In this document: positions 35,748 to 46,090 of the stretch, piece by piece | Position numbering within the stretch: position 1 is the first letter of the stretch | Layout of the letters: each line of letters begins with the position of its first letter | Assembly: GCA_963802945.1 (NCBI GenBank) | Contig: CAWDKY010000027.1 | Location: forward strand, 1-64,000 | DNA from: an uncultured delta proteobacterium | GTDB lineage: Bacteria; Desulfobacterota; RBG-13-43-22 | Direction of reading: 5' to 3' | DNA: 64,000 nt | Position numbers and translations under genes: made by a program | The notes under the pieces: model-generated | Databases searched by the model: none | Told to the model about the DNA's origin: nothing | Seen by the model: only the letters and a program-made list of their open reading frames with translations

Positions 35748-36053
35748 ATGGAAGCTATCGGTATTGGTGGCATAGGGTTTATTTTTGGTTATCTTCTTTA
35801 TTATTCTGTCAGACATACGGAAAAATTCGACATCACTCTCTTGTCTGCCGCGATTGGTGCAGTTGGTAGTCAAGCAGTGATTGGGTTAGAAAAGGTTACG
35901 GGATGGATTGGACCATATGGCATCGGCCTCTTCCTTGGTTTCCTATTCTATTTAATACTTTCTCTCATTTTCATCTCGAAAAATCAATTTGATAATTTAA
36001 CAAGGATTGGATTTCTTAGTAAGATGCTGCTTGGGACACAAATCAAACAATAA
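35748..36053 (+). CDS. Small membrane protein (3 TM)
   Basis: AGGAGG RBS; hydrophobic Gly-rich segments (YGIGLFLGFLFY). Confidence 0.7.
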   Translation: MEAIGIGGIGFIFGYLLYYSVRHTEKFDITLLSAAIGAVGSQAVIGLEKVTGWIGPYGIGLFLGFLFYLILSLIFISKNQFDNLTRIGFLSKMLLGTQIKQ

Positions 36054-36221
36054 AGGCTAAAAAGCAGAAAATCAAACTTGATAATACTTAAATTAATTAT
36101 GCCTGAACCTCCCCCAATTTGACGAATTCTTGGCGAGCCGCTCTGCTGATGCCACCTACACCATTCTGCCAGCATCTGTGTGCCATTGGAAGAGCTTTTG
36201 ATGAGTAGTAATGATACGCAG

Positions 36222-36284
36222 GGTGGCCAAGGCGTTGCAGCCAGTCGCCGATAAATCCGGCTCTGGCTGAAAGCCGCGTTAGGC
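36222..36284 (+). other. Degenerate attC-like site
   Basis: CAGCCAG-TC-GCCG-loop-CGGC-T-CTGGCTG hairpin ending in GTTAGGC; the left RYYYAAC is eroded. Confidence 0.5.
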
Positions 36285-36417
36285 GAAGCACCAGAAGCGA
36301 CTGGTGCAGGGGCTTTTTGTTTTCCGCTCTTTAAACGAGAAGTTTCGGCCGCCGAGACGGCTGAAACTATTACCGACCTCTATCTCGGGCGAGGTCAAGT
36401 ATTAAGGAGGAAGAATC

Positions 36418-38007
36418 ATGCCCAGAAATCCCAAAAGTTCGCCAGTCATTGGCAGTGATCGTGTCCCCCTTCACGGTGCGCGTTCTGTTGGGCCAGTTCC
36501 CAAGGAAGAGCGATTTGAAGTGACTGTGCGAGTGCGCCGCAAGGCGCCTCTCCAGAGTTTGGCGGCAGATGGCTTCCGAACGGGCCAATTGCCTAAAAAA
36601 CGCCGTTATCTGACCCAGGACGAGTACGCTTCCACACATGGCGCCGATCCGGACGACCTTGCAAAAGTCGAAGCATTTGCGCGAGCACACAACCTGATAG
36701 TGGTCGAAACCAGCGCGTCCCGGCGTAGCGTTTTCTTGTCGGGCACGGCTGCCGACTTTGCCGCAGCGTTCGGAACGACGATCAAGCACTACGAACACGA
36801 CGGTGGCTCATACCGTGGCCGGACCGGTCCGTTGACGGTTCCAGCCGACTTGGCAGATATCGTCGAGGGTGTGTTCGGGATTGACGACCGCCCGATAGCC
36901 AAGCCGCACTTCCAGCAGTATAGGCCTGCACCCAGCATCGGCATCCAGGCTCACGCCGCCGGCACCTCGTTTACCCCGCCACAATTGGAAAAGCTCTACA
37001 ACTTTCCGACCGGCCTGGACGGCACGGGGCAGTGTATTGCCATCGTCGAACTCGGCGGTGGATATCGCACTGCTGATATTAAGGCCTATTTCCAGAAACT
37101 TGGTTTGCCCGTGCCGAATGTCAAGACGGTCCGGGTTGATGGCGCTAATAACCACCCTTCGACCGCCGACGGAGCTGACGGCGAAGTGATGCTTGACATT
37201 GAGGTAGCAGCCGCAATTGCACCGAAGGCGCTGATCGCCGTCTACTTCGCCCCTAACACTGACAAAGGGTTCTTGGATGCCATTACCATGGCGATTCACG
37301 ATACCACCAATAAGCCATCGGTGGTCTCTATCAGTTGGGGTAGCGCAGAGAAGAATTGGACCGGCCAGGCAATGACATCATACGATCAGGCATTTCAGAC
37401 GGCCGCTGCTTTGGGAGTAACGGTCTGTGTTGCGTCAGGTGATAACGGCTCAGGGGACGGCGAAACGGACGGAAAGGCGCACGTGGATTTTCCGGCGTCC
37501 AGCCCGAATGTTCTGGGTTGCGGGGGCACCAAGCTCATTGCCGCCGGGAACACAATCTCCAGTGAGCAGGTCTGGAATGAGGGGCCCAACAGCGCGACGG
37601 GAGGCGGGGTAAGTGACTTCTTCTCCAGACCAGATTACCAGAAGAATACGGCAGGCATCCCGACATCGGCAAAAGCACCCGACAAAAAAGGCCGCGGTGT
37701 TCCCGACGTTGCGGGAGATGCAGACCCTGCGACGGGTTATGTCGTACGTGTCGACGGACAAGAGTTTGTGATCGGCGGTACCAGCGCGGTAGGCCCGTTG
37801 TGGGCCGGGCTGATCGCGTTGTTTAACCAAAAGTTGGGGCATCGCGTCGGATTTCTCAACCCGCTGGCCTACGGATCTCTCGTTGGTACTGGTTCTTTCA
37901 GGGACATTACCATAGGCAATAACGGGGCATACGCAGCCAAGAAAGGCTGGGACGCTTGCACGGGATGGGGGACACCCAATGGGGTAAATCTCCTCAAATT
38001 TCTCTAA
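36418..38007 (+). CDS. S53 family peptidase (kumamolisin/sedolisin-like)
   Basis: Prodomain plus DGEVMLDIE, SISWG, ASGDNG, GRGVPDV, GGTSAV and GWDACTGWG. Confidence 0.92.
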   Translation: MPRNPKSSPVIGSDRVPLHGARSVGPVPKEERFEVTVRVRRKAPLQSLAADGFRTGQLPKKRRYLTQDEYASTHGADPDDLAKVEAFARAHNLIVVETSASRRSVFLSGTAADFAAAFGTTIKHYEHDGGSYRGRTGPLTVPADLADIVEGVFGIDDRPIAKPHFQQYRPAPSIGIQAHAAGTSFTPPQLEKLYNFPTGLDGTGQCIAIVELGGGYRTADIKAYFQKLGLPVPNVKTVRVDGANNHPSTADGADGEVMLDIEVAAAIAPKALIAVYFAPNTDKGFLDAITMAIHDTTNKPSVVSISWGSAEKNWTGQAMTSYDQAFQTAAALGVTVCVASGDNGSGDGETDGKAHVDFPASSPNVLGCGGTKLIAAGNTISSEQVWNEGPNSATGGGVSDFFSRPDYQKNTAGIPTSAKAPDKKGRGVPDVAGDADPATGYVVRVDGQEFVIGGTSAVGPLWAGLIALFNQKLGHRVGFLNPLAYGSLVGTGSFRDITIGNNGAYAAKKGWDACTGWGTPNGVNLLKFL

Positions 38008-38379
38008 GGTTAAGCAAGAGGACGGCGACTAACGACATTTACCTATTCAACCCAACCACTCTTACCATCGTTGCGGTGGTTTTTCGATAGCCATCACGAA
38101 ATGGACTGCGACTTCGGATGTGACTGCAGTAGTTGGATCTGTTACAGATTTGGTTGGTACTATAATTAGTGCTTTTTAGCGTTCAGCTCGGTTCTGCAGA
38201 AAAAGAGAAAGCAGAGAGTGATCCCAAGGCTGCAGAAGATAAGGCGTTGCGGTTGGCCTCTGCCATAGAGTCAGATGTAGCTGCGAGGATTCTTGACATG
38301 CATAAATGGGGTCAGGCATAAATAATAAAGTTTTAAAAGAGGAGGCTTTGAATAACAATAGCGTAAGATTTTTGTCTTG

Positions 38380-38615
38380 ACATTGGTGGAATCTTCGGTT
38401 GGTTCGTATGGCTGATATTTTTGGTCGGTGTGATATTGGTTTAAGGTGTCGGAGAAAACAAACTCAAACATCCTGAACTACCCTTTGTTGTTGCCTTTTT
38501 GGCCGGTTTCAGTGAGAGATTCACATTGAAGTTAATCGACAAACTGATGACTGTTTTAACCACCTTTGAAGAAAAACCGGCGAAAGACACATCCAAAAAA
38601 GGGCCGACAAAATAA
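38380..38615 (+). pseudogene. 3' remnant of a membrane protein gene
   Basis: Frame reads LPFVVAFLAGFSERFTLKLIDKL...PTK*; upstream part disrupted. Confidence 0.45.
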
Positions 38616-38730
38616 AATTATTAAAGGAAATAAAGGATTACACTTTAACGAGGAGCAGCAATTTTATTGAAAAATCTTTTCGAAGACCTTCTGCGGAAGC
38701 AGGGGGAACTTTAGTTTAGGAGGTGGTTAG

Positions 38731-38946
38731 ATGGAATACTTGCTTGTGCATTTTCCAGAGAAGAGAAAAGTAGTGATTGATGGAGAACCCCAAGGTTTTA
38801 CGAATGAAACATTAGAACTTGACAAGGGACACCATCTTGTAAGTCTTATAGCGCCCCCTAACGATTTTAAACCTCCAAAGAGGACGGTTACCCTCAAAAA
38901 TACAACCCCAATAAAACCACGGGAGGTGGGCTTTGAAAAGGCTTAA
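38731..38946 (+). CDS. Small PEGA-like beta-domain protein
   Basis: AGGAGG RBS; VVIDGEPQGFTN..LDKGHHLVSL. Confidence 0.6.
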   Translation: MEYLLVHFPEKRKVVIDGEPQGFTNETLELDKGHHLVSLIAPPNDFKPPKRTVTLKNTTPIKPREVGFEKA

Positions 38947-40348
38947 CCAGAAGAGGTTAATTTTAGTTTTTGTCTTTTTCGTTTGTCTTCTTCTCATTAA
39001 CTGTGCCCACTATCCGAAAAACGACCCATTAAAACCAGGGCAGGAGACCATTCAGTACAATTTGGACAGACTTACCGAAGCATCAAATGAGGACAAGACC
39101 TTTGTTGCCCTCGCTTTTTCCGGTGGAGGAACTAGAGCTGCGGCTTTTTCCTATGGGGTTCTCGACAGAATGCGACGGGTTATCCTCCCTGGGACGGCAA
39201 AAACCCTGCTTGACGAGGTTGATGTCGTCTCCACTGTTTCCGGGGGTTCTTTCACTGGTGCGTATTATGCCCTTTTTGGAAACAGGATTTTTAATGACTT
39301 CAAAGATAAATTACTCTACCGAGATATCGAGAAAGAGTTGGCCCTGAAAGTTTTGAATCCCATCAACATCGTTCGTCTTGCCTCCCCCTATTACAACCGA
39401 ATAGACCTGGCGGCAGAACTGTATGACAAGACAATCTTTGAATCGAAAACCTTCCATAGTCTTGTAGAGCAAAGGAAACGTCCTTTTTTGATTATCAATG
39501 CCACAAACCTATTTCAGGGCGCACGATTTGAATTCACCAGCAGGCAATTCAGATATCTAAATTCTAATCTGTTGACTTACCCAATAGCCCGGGCCGTTGC
39601 TGCTTCTTCTGCCTTTCCATTCCTTCTGGCCCCCTTAAGTCTTGTAAATCACTATTATCCTGATGGTGGCTCGCTCAGTGAACAGGACAGGCAGGCTTTG
39701 ATGGACTACGAAATTAACAAGCGGCGATATTACGAGGCGTATAACAACGTAATCTATACAAGGGAGAAGGATGCAAAGAAGCATCCCTATATCCACCTTA
39801 GTGATGGGGGTTTAGCGGACAATCTCGGTCTGCGGGTTATCTTAGACCTCTTTGTCCAGGATGATATTCGAAGGAAGATCAATAATGGCGAGATAAAGAG
39901 GTTTCTCACCATTGTAGTTAATGCCAAGACCACCAAACCTGAAGATCTCGATATGAAAGAGACTCCTCCGGGACTTTTTGCTGTTGGGATTAAAACCTGC
40001 ACAGTTTCCATGGACAATTATACTTTTGAGACTGTAGAGGCTTTTAGAGACCAAGTGGAGGAAAGGGGGAAGGCTCAACGAAGTCTTGACGATTGTCAGG
40101 AAAAGCTCGATAAATATTGTGGAAGGTCTTACCATATCCCTCCACTTTCAGGAGGCTCACTTAAGCCCTATGTAGTCGATCTTTCTTTTGAGAACATCAT
40201 CGATGAGGCGGAAAAAGAATTTTTTAACAACCTTCCCACCACTTTTTCTCTTGAGAAGACAGAGGTAGACAGATTAATCGAAGTAGGCGGAAGGCTCTTA
40301 GTCAGCCACCCCGAATTCCAGCGTTTTTTAAAGGAATATTCCGATTGA
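38933..40348 (+). CDS. Patatin-like phospholipase lipoprotein
   Basis: Lipobox LINC; FSGGGTRAAA, STVSGGS, AVAASSAFP and SDGGLADNLG. Confidence 0.88.
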   Translation: MKRLNQKRLILVFVFFVCLLLINCAHYPKNDPLKPGQETIQYNLDRLTEASNEDKTFVALAFSGGGTRAAAFSYGVLDRMRRVILPGTAKTLLDEVDVVSTVSGGSFTGAYYALFGNRIFNDFKDKLLYRDIEKELALKVLNPINIVRLASPYYNRIDLAAELYDKTIFESKTFHSLVEQRKRPFLIINATNLFQGARFEFTSRQFRYLNSNLLTYPIARAVAASSAFPFLLAPLSLVNHYYPDGGSLSEQDRQALMDYEINKRRYYEAYNNVIYTREKDAKKHPYIHLSDGGLADNLGLRVILDLFVQDDIRRKINNGEIKRFLTIVVNAKTTKPEDLDMKETPPGLFAVGIKTCTVSMDNYTFETVEAFRDQVEERGKAQRSLDDCQEKLDKYCGRSYHIPPLSGGSLKPYVVDLSFENIIDEAEKEFFNNLPTTFSLEKTEVDRLIEVGGRLLVSHPEFQRFLKEYSD

Positions 40349-40511
40349 TCGCAATTGATCCCAAAGTACGGCTTCGTTCCTGCTTGAGGCAGACAGGCAG
40401 CCCGATTTCATTCGAAAATACGATTCACTCCACTCCGAATACAATCTTAATAGTTAGCGGAAATTGTCCCCTAAGGACCAATCTTAAAAAAGCTGAAAGG
40501 AGGTATTGAGT

Positions 40512-41279
40512 ATGCCAGTATTTAAAGTAGGCAATTTCAATCAGATTGCTGTTCAATTTGATCAGACCGCGAGGGTATTCAAACCAACACATAAAGATAA
40601 GGTTAAGTTCTCCCGTACTCTCTCTATCGATGCCTTGCCGGAGTTATCTTTTAACATCGAACCCCCTTCAATGGATTTGGCAAAATCTCCGAACAAATGG
40701 GGTCTGTATCTCAAAACACTGACTCTCCATGAAAGTTTTGAAGGGTTCATAGTCAATTTATTCAATCCAGAGAACGAAATATATTTCACCTCCTTGGCTT
40801 GGGATTACAGTGGCAGCCCCCCCTTTGTCTATCCACCGAAAGGCGCTCAAGGCTCTGATTTTATCATTCCAATGAAAGCCCAAACCACGCGGCAGTTTAT
40901 TGGGGATGGCGTCAATATTTGGCCTGCCCGGACCGTCGTTGGTGGGCTTAACGTTGCCATTCTTGTATATGAATGTGATAGTGATGTAAAAGCCGTAGGA
41001 GAAAGGCTGGTGGACATACACGACAAAGTTGGCAAAAGCAAGCTATCCAGTTTGATCGCGGCAATATCTACCAATCCCCCATTAGCGACCGGCATTGCAA
41101 TCGGCGAGGCAGTCAATGAATTAATGGGCACGATTGGAAACATCATGAAAAGGAATGGAGACGACTTTGTCGATTTTTTTGAAGGGTCTTATGGAACCGA
41201 CAAACCCCAAACGGCAAGAGTGGAGAAGTATGATCATCCAGACCTTGCCGGCATCGAGCTGGAGTTCACGGTATCGTAA
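40512..41279 (+). CDS. Hypothetical protein (gene-cassette-like)
   Basis: AGGAGG RBS; intact ORF flanked by GTTAGCGGAA (40453) and TTCCGCTAA (41304). Confidence 0.7.
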   Translation: MPVFKVGNFNQIAVQFDQTARVFKPTHKDKVKFSRTLSIDALPELSFNIEPPSMDLAKSPNKWGLYLKTLTLHESFEGFIVNLFNPENEIYFTSLAWDYSGSPPFVYPPKGAQGSDFIIPMKAQTTRQFIGDGVNIWPARTVVGGLNVAILVYECDSDVKAVGERLVDIHDKVGKSKLSSLIAAISTNPPLATGIAIGEAVNELMGTIGNIMKRNGDDFVDFFEGSYGTDKPQTARVEKYDHPDLAGIELEFTVS

Positions 41280-41605
41280 GATCAGTAGAAAGCAGAGCAT
41301 AACTTCCGCTAAAAATACAAAATCACTTAGACTTCAAACAGGGCAGGAGATGCCGCGCACTAACTAAAAGGGGATCAGGTCATGCCAACTGATGAAAATA
41401 GTTTCACATTATTTAAAAGTTGGGGGCCAATTAGCACCCATATCGTACTTGTTAAGGTCAGAATGAAGGTGTTTGGGAATTCCAACGGAGATCATTTGGA
41501 GGTTAAAAACGAAGATATAGGGGCAAAAAATGCCTATTTCTGGGACATTATTTTTGAATAATCCATTAGTTGATTTGGCCCGACCCCGTAGAATCCGCAA
41601 GAGGT

Positions 41606-41642
41606 ATGAGAAGAACCGACAGATCCTTCCTGCTTGGGGACT
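41606..41642 (+). repeat. Direct repeat copy 2 (pairs with 33372-33406)
   Basis: ATGAGAAG..CAGATCCTTCCTGCTTGGGGACT. Confidence 0.6.
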
Positions 41643-41704
41643 TCACAAGTCTTCCCTATAAGATAATTCCGGAGGTCGACGATTACGGGATGAAATCAAG
41701 CCTG

Positions 41705-42922
41705 CTAAATGAATTGAGGTTTGTGTACCACAACACCCGTTTGTGTAATCTCTGCATCGTATAGTTTATAATGCCTTCCAAGAGATCGCATGGCGATTCG
41801 TTTTTCTCTTACGTTTGTTCGGAGGGGGTTATTTTCAAACCAGTTAAAAATCCAACGTCCGGTATCCACAGCTCTATATGCTTTTCCGCTCTCAAAGAAA
41901 GAAATTCGTAATGCGTTATGAACTATTGCGTGGCGAAGATTGCGTGTAGTATTTAATTCCTTTTCGTGTGCCTTTGGCATCTTTCTTCCGCTAAGTTTAA
42001 GGTATTGGCGTAGTCGCCCTGGAAAATCATTTTGGGAGGCCTGTAATTTCTTTTCAACTTCACCAGCAGGGTAGTTTTTCAAAAGCTCTTGTCGAAGGAC
42101 GGACTCCAATTGGGCTTCTATAGCTGTAGTAATCCTTCTAATAGCACCAGAGTAGTCGCCCCGTTCAATAAAGTTCAAAGCGTCCAATAATTCGTATTCT
42201 CCGGCACTAGCATTCGAGTTCATTGCCAGCTGTAATTCGTTTGCATCGATTAATTTATATGTCTCAAACGGACCATTACTATCAACCCGAATTACAGGCT
42301 TTACGTCCCAGGCAGGGTACATAAGTAAATCTACTTTGCTGGGACCAAACTCTTCTGATAGAAGAAACCAAAATGGTACATCCCAGGGATTAACTTCATA
42401 TGCGAAGAAATCATAAGTCGATAGCCTGTAATGCTGTATGATTCGGTTTATTATTTCTATATGAGCTTCACAGAACGACTGGAGATAAAATTGGGCTGGA
42501 CGGGAACGAGCCTTTTCATCGACTGCTCTAAGTACATCTCCGTTGCAAGTCGAATGTACGCGAAAGACGGTTTTGCACTTACGGTCTATAATTGGCAAGT
42601 TACGTTCTTCAATTTGCTTTTTGGTTTCTGTATCTAATTGATTTGGGTCGGGATTAGGAGTGCCAACATAAATCCACCCTGATTGGGAATTACCAACTAG
42701 TCCAGCATACTTCACAATAAAATCATCTCTAATTTCGACATTAAATTTATAATTGTGTACTTCCACTTCTAGAACGCAATTTGGAACCATTATCCAAAAC
42801 GGAACCTCACAAAGCAAAACAACATCAACAGACGATGCTTCCCAATTTAATTCTTGTCCTATCCAATAACTTTTGGGGATATTTGCTTCTTTGGTGGATT
42901 TTGGAGCATCGTTATTCATCAA
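41705..42922 (-). CDS. Hypothetical protein with C-terminal HEPN-like domain
   Basis: GGAGG RBS; helical C-terminus with AIRRITTAIE and an Rx4H motif (LRHAIVH). Confidence 0.6.
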   Translation of the reverse strand: MMNNDAPKSTKEANIPKSYWIGQELNWEASSVDVVLLCEVPFWIMVPNCVLEVEVHNYKFNVEIRDDFIVKYAGLVGNSQSGWIYVGTPNPDPNQLDTETKKQIEERNLPIIDRKCKTVFRVHSTCNGDVLRAVDEKARSRPAQFYLQSFCEAHIEIINRIIQHYRLSTYDFFAYEVNPWDVPFWFLLSEEFGPSKVDLLMYPAWDVKPVIRVDSNGPFETYKLIDANELQLAMNSNASAGEYELLDALNFIERGDYSGAIRRITTAIEAQLESVLRQELLKNYPAGEVEKKLQASQNDFPGRLRQYLKLSGRKMPKAHEKELNTTRNLRHAIVHNALRISFFESGKAYRAVDTGRWIFNWFENNPLRTNVREKRIAMRSLGRHYKLYDAEITQTGVVVHKPQFI

Positions 42923-43529
42923 TTACCTCCATTAGGAACATTGAAAGATGGGGTGGACCCAAATAGTTGGACACTCTGAATATGGGAATAAGCACTGAGT
43001 AATGTTTTAGTAAGGGCATCAGGCATCCTGAGTCATTGGAGCAGATAAGCCATACTATATCTCATCCGGGGATAGATGTACAAAGGTTTGATTATGGCGT
43101 TCCTAATTGTAGAGCCGGAGCCATTCTCAAATGGACAATATTGGGGCACCAGAAAAAGGCCCCCCTATTAGCAATCGAAAAACCTAAGAAAATGGTCAAA
43201 AAAATCTTTCTATCCCCCCTAAGACCTCCAAGGGGGTACTTGTCCAGGTTACACTGAGTGGCGTTTTCTACTCAAGGGATTTTTTTCGACTTATAAAAGG
43301 CTCAGGCTGTTTGGCTATGGGGCGGCGAACACCGACAGTTCGAGCCTGCCAATAACGAACGTGAAACAGAGAAGCAAGAAAGCGATCAGGTACAGTCGAT
43401 TACGAAGTCGTATAATCCGGCGTTTTGGCCAAATCGTCTTGAGCATATCGATTTTACTAACTTTTCTTGGCAAAGAAGAAGGTTAATGCTCCAGCAATTT
43501 TCAACAATGGGCCTTCCTCCCAGGCGAAA

Positions 43530-43679
43530 GGCAGGATTATGTATGGTTCCGATTACTACCTACTTATGCTTTTTGCAGACGATCTTGACGGATACCTGAA
43601 GTCGTTCAAAGCTATATTCGCTGAAGATTTCCAATCGATTTCTTTTCCCAACCCCCAGAAATTTCTGTTCAGACGGTGA
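43530..43679 (+). pseudogene. Amidohydrolase (Amidohydro_2-like) C-terminal remnant
   Basis: RIMYGSDYY...NPQKFL is the typical end of this family; no 5' part is visible. Confidence 0.5.
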
Positions 43680-43692
43680 AAAAATGGGGTGC

Positions 43693-43853
43693 CTAACTTT
43701 TCCCTTGGATCAATTCATCCACCATCCGTCCCACCTGAACGGCCAAGCCCTGTTCTTTTTCAAAAGAGGCCTTGCCTTCCAGGTCGGCCTCAATGATCTG
43801 GTTGTCGTAGTGGTTTTGGCCACCCCTCCTTTTCCGCTGACGGCGATTTTTAT
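43693..43853 (-). pseudogene. Internally deleted CooC/AcsF-type ATPase remnant
   Basis: IKIAVSGKGGVAKTT joined directly, out of frame, to YDNQIIEADLEGK...*. Confidence 0.6.
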
Positions 43854-43880
43854 CCATCCTCTTTTCTGATCGAGATTAGC

Positions 43881-45249
43881 CTAACGTTGTCGAGTCTTTC
43901 TCCAGCCTTTCTCCTCGTACATCCTTTTGTCCGCTTCGGCAATTAAGTCTTCGATCGAGGCCGGATGTTCCGGATCATAACGCACCACTCCCATAGAGAG
44001 GATGAGGGTATAACGCCGTTTTTCTCGGGCATTAAAGATTCCAAGATTGCGGTTTAAACGGATTCTCAAATTTTCGGCACTGGATTCAGAGGCCCCTTCA
44101 ATGGCCAGGACGACAAACTCATCCCCCCCGATTCGGGCAATGATATCCGGATCACGATAGGTCTCTTTGATGACGCTGGCCATAGCGATTAAAGCCCGGT
44201 CACCTTCCTGGTGGCCGTAAGTATCATTAATGTCCTTCAGTTCGTCCAGATCAGTGAAAAGCAGAAACATACCCCGCTTCAACCTGTTGGCCATCTTCAA
44301 TTCCTGTTCGGCCAAGGTCATGAATCCCCGGCGGTTATAGAGGCCGGTCAGATCGTCCACCAGGCTCAAGGTCAGCAGTCGTTCCTCCCCTCGTTTTTGC
44401 TGGGTTATGTCTCGAAAAGTCCAAACCCGTCCGATACTTTTTCCCTCAATTCGTTGGGGCTTTGAATAACGTTCAATAATTCTTCCATCTTTAAACTCCA
44501 GAGTGTCAAAACCTTCATCATCTGGGTGGGCATACAAGTCAGTAACTTTTTTTATGAATTCATCAGGATCTTTGAGTTGGTTAAGGGCATAGGCGATGGC
44601 CTGGTTATCGTCTCTGGTTTTTAATATCGAGTCGGGTGTTCCCCATAGTTCGACGAATTTTTGATTATATCGGGTGATCTTTCCCTGTCCATCGACAACC
44701 AGGATCCCGTCGGTGGTCGATTCAATCGTGGCTTCAAGAAGAGAAACCGTATTTTTGAGTTCCTCTTCCGTTCGACTCCGCTCGGTCATGTCGTGGGTTA
44801 TACCTCTGAATCCTATGGGTTGTCCCGTTTCATCTTTGATCAGAGCAATGGAGGATTCTACCTCTCTTTGGGAGCCGTCTTTTCAGAGAATTGTCCTAGG
44901 CATGGATTTAGACGGCATTCCCGTCCGAAAAACCGTATTGAAAGATTTGATAGGTTCTTTTGGGATCTTTAACAATCCCTTTATAATTTTTTCCTATTAA
45001 CGCTTCTTTGGGCAACCCAAGTAGTTTAGCATAGGCTTCATTACAAAAGAGATATTTCCCGGTCAAATCCACCTCAAAAAAGCCGTCCTCGATATTCTCC
45101 AGGATGTCCCGGGCCTTTTCCTCTGAATCTTTAAGTGACGTCTCTGCCTGCTTGCGGCGGTCTTCCAGGGCCTCCAATTCAGCCACCCGTCGCCGAAGGG
45201 TTTCTAATTCCTTGAGTAAATCCTCTTTGGATTTTTGGTCGCTGGCCAT
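43881..45249 (-). CDS. PAS-PAS-GGDEF diguanylate cyclase (frameshift near 44940)
   Basis: Two PAS domains; DDLTGLYNRR, DLDELKDINDTYGH, RDPD I-site, ARIGGDEF and ADKRMY. Confidence 0.88.
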
Positions 45250-45387
45250 GGAACCATTCCCCTTTTTTTAAGAATAAACTCCATAAAATGTTCTAAATTT
45301 AGCAGAATCAAACAGAATGTCCAATTATTTTTTTAGATTAATTTTAAGCAGGAAGTATTTTTTTCTTGACAAATTATTCGTATCGCT

Positions 45388-45405
45388 ATACTTACCGGTA
45401 GGTAT
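45388..45405. promoter_or_regulatory. Probable TetR operator overlapping the promoter
   Basis: Near-perfect palindrome ATACTTACCGGTAGGTAT overlapping TATACT, downstream of TTGACA (45366). Confidence 0.6.
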
Positions 45406-45450
45406 GTTCGATACAAGTAAGACTGGTTGGCTTGAGAAAGGGGAAAGGGC

Positions 45451-46090
45451 ATGTCTGAGAACAAAACCCAGGCGGAATTCATAACCGATCGGACGGTACG
45501 TCAGCGCCTTTTGGCCGGTGCCGCCGAATTGTTCGCCCGCAAAGGATATGACGCCACCACGGTCCGGGAAATCGTTCAGGCCGCCGGGGTGACCAAACCG
45601 GCCCTCTATTATTATTTTCAGAACAAAGAGGGGATTTATCTGGAGTTGATGAGGGAGGCCAAGGCACGTTTTGAGGCCCTTCTCGACAGTAGTCCGAAAA
45701 GAAATCGGGGCGGTCAGAGATAGAGTTTTATCTATTTCAGAGCAAATTTTTCAGCTTTTTTTGGACCAGATCGAAATAGCCCGGTTAGGATTATCCATTC
45801 ATTATGGCCCGGCCCAGGGGGCCCCTTTTATCGATTTTAATGCCTTTAACCTCAAGTTCCAGGCATTGATCGAAAGATTGATCAGGGAAGGGATACGGAA
45901 AGGGGAGTTTCGAAAAGGTAATGTGATGGATATGACCTGGGCCGTTCTTGGAGCCATTAATGTGGCCATAGAATCCCAGCTCTGGCACCCTGAAAAGTCG
46001 CCGGGCCGTAAGGGATTGGTCAGGGTTCTGAAAATGATTTTTGAAGGGCTTTCCAATCGAGGGAGCCAAGAGAAAGGGGAATTAACATGA
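45451..46090 (+). CDS. TetR/AcrR transcriptional regulator (frameshift near 45690)
   Basis: ELFARKGYDATTVREIVQAAGVTKPALYYYFQNKE. Confidence 0.88.

Noticed and set aside
42949-42974. IS3-like terminal repeat TGGGGTGGACCCAAATAGTTGGACAC
   Set aside because: No partner end or transposase nearby; at most a scar.
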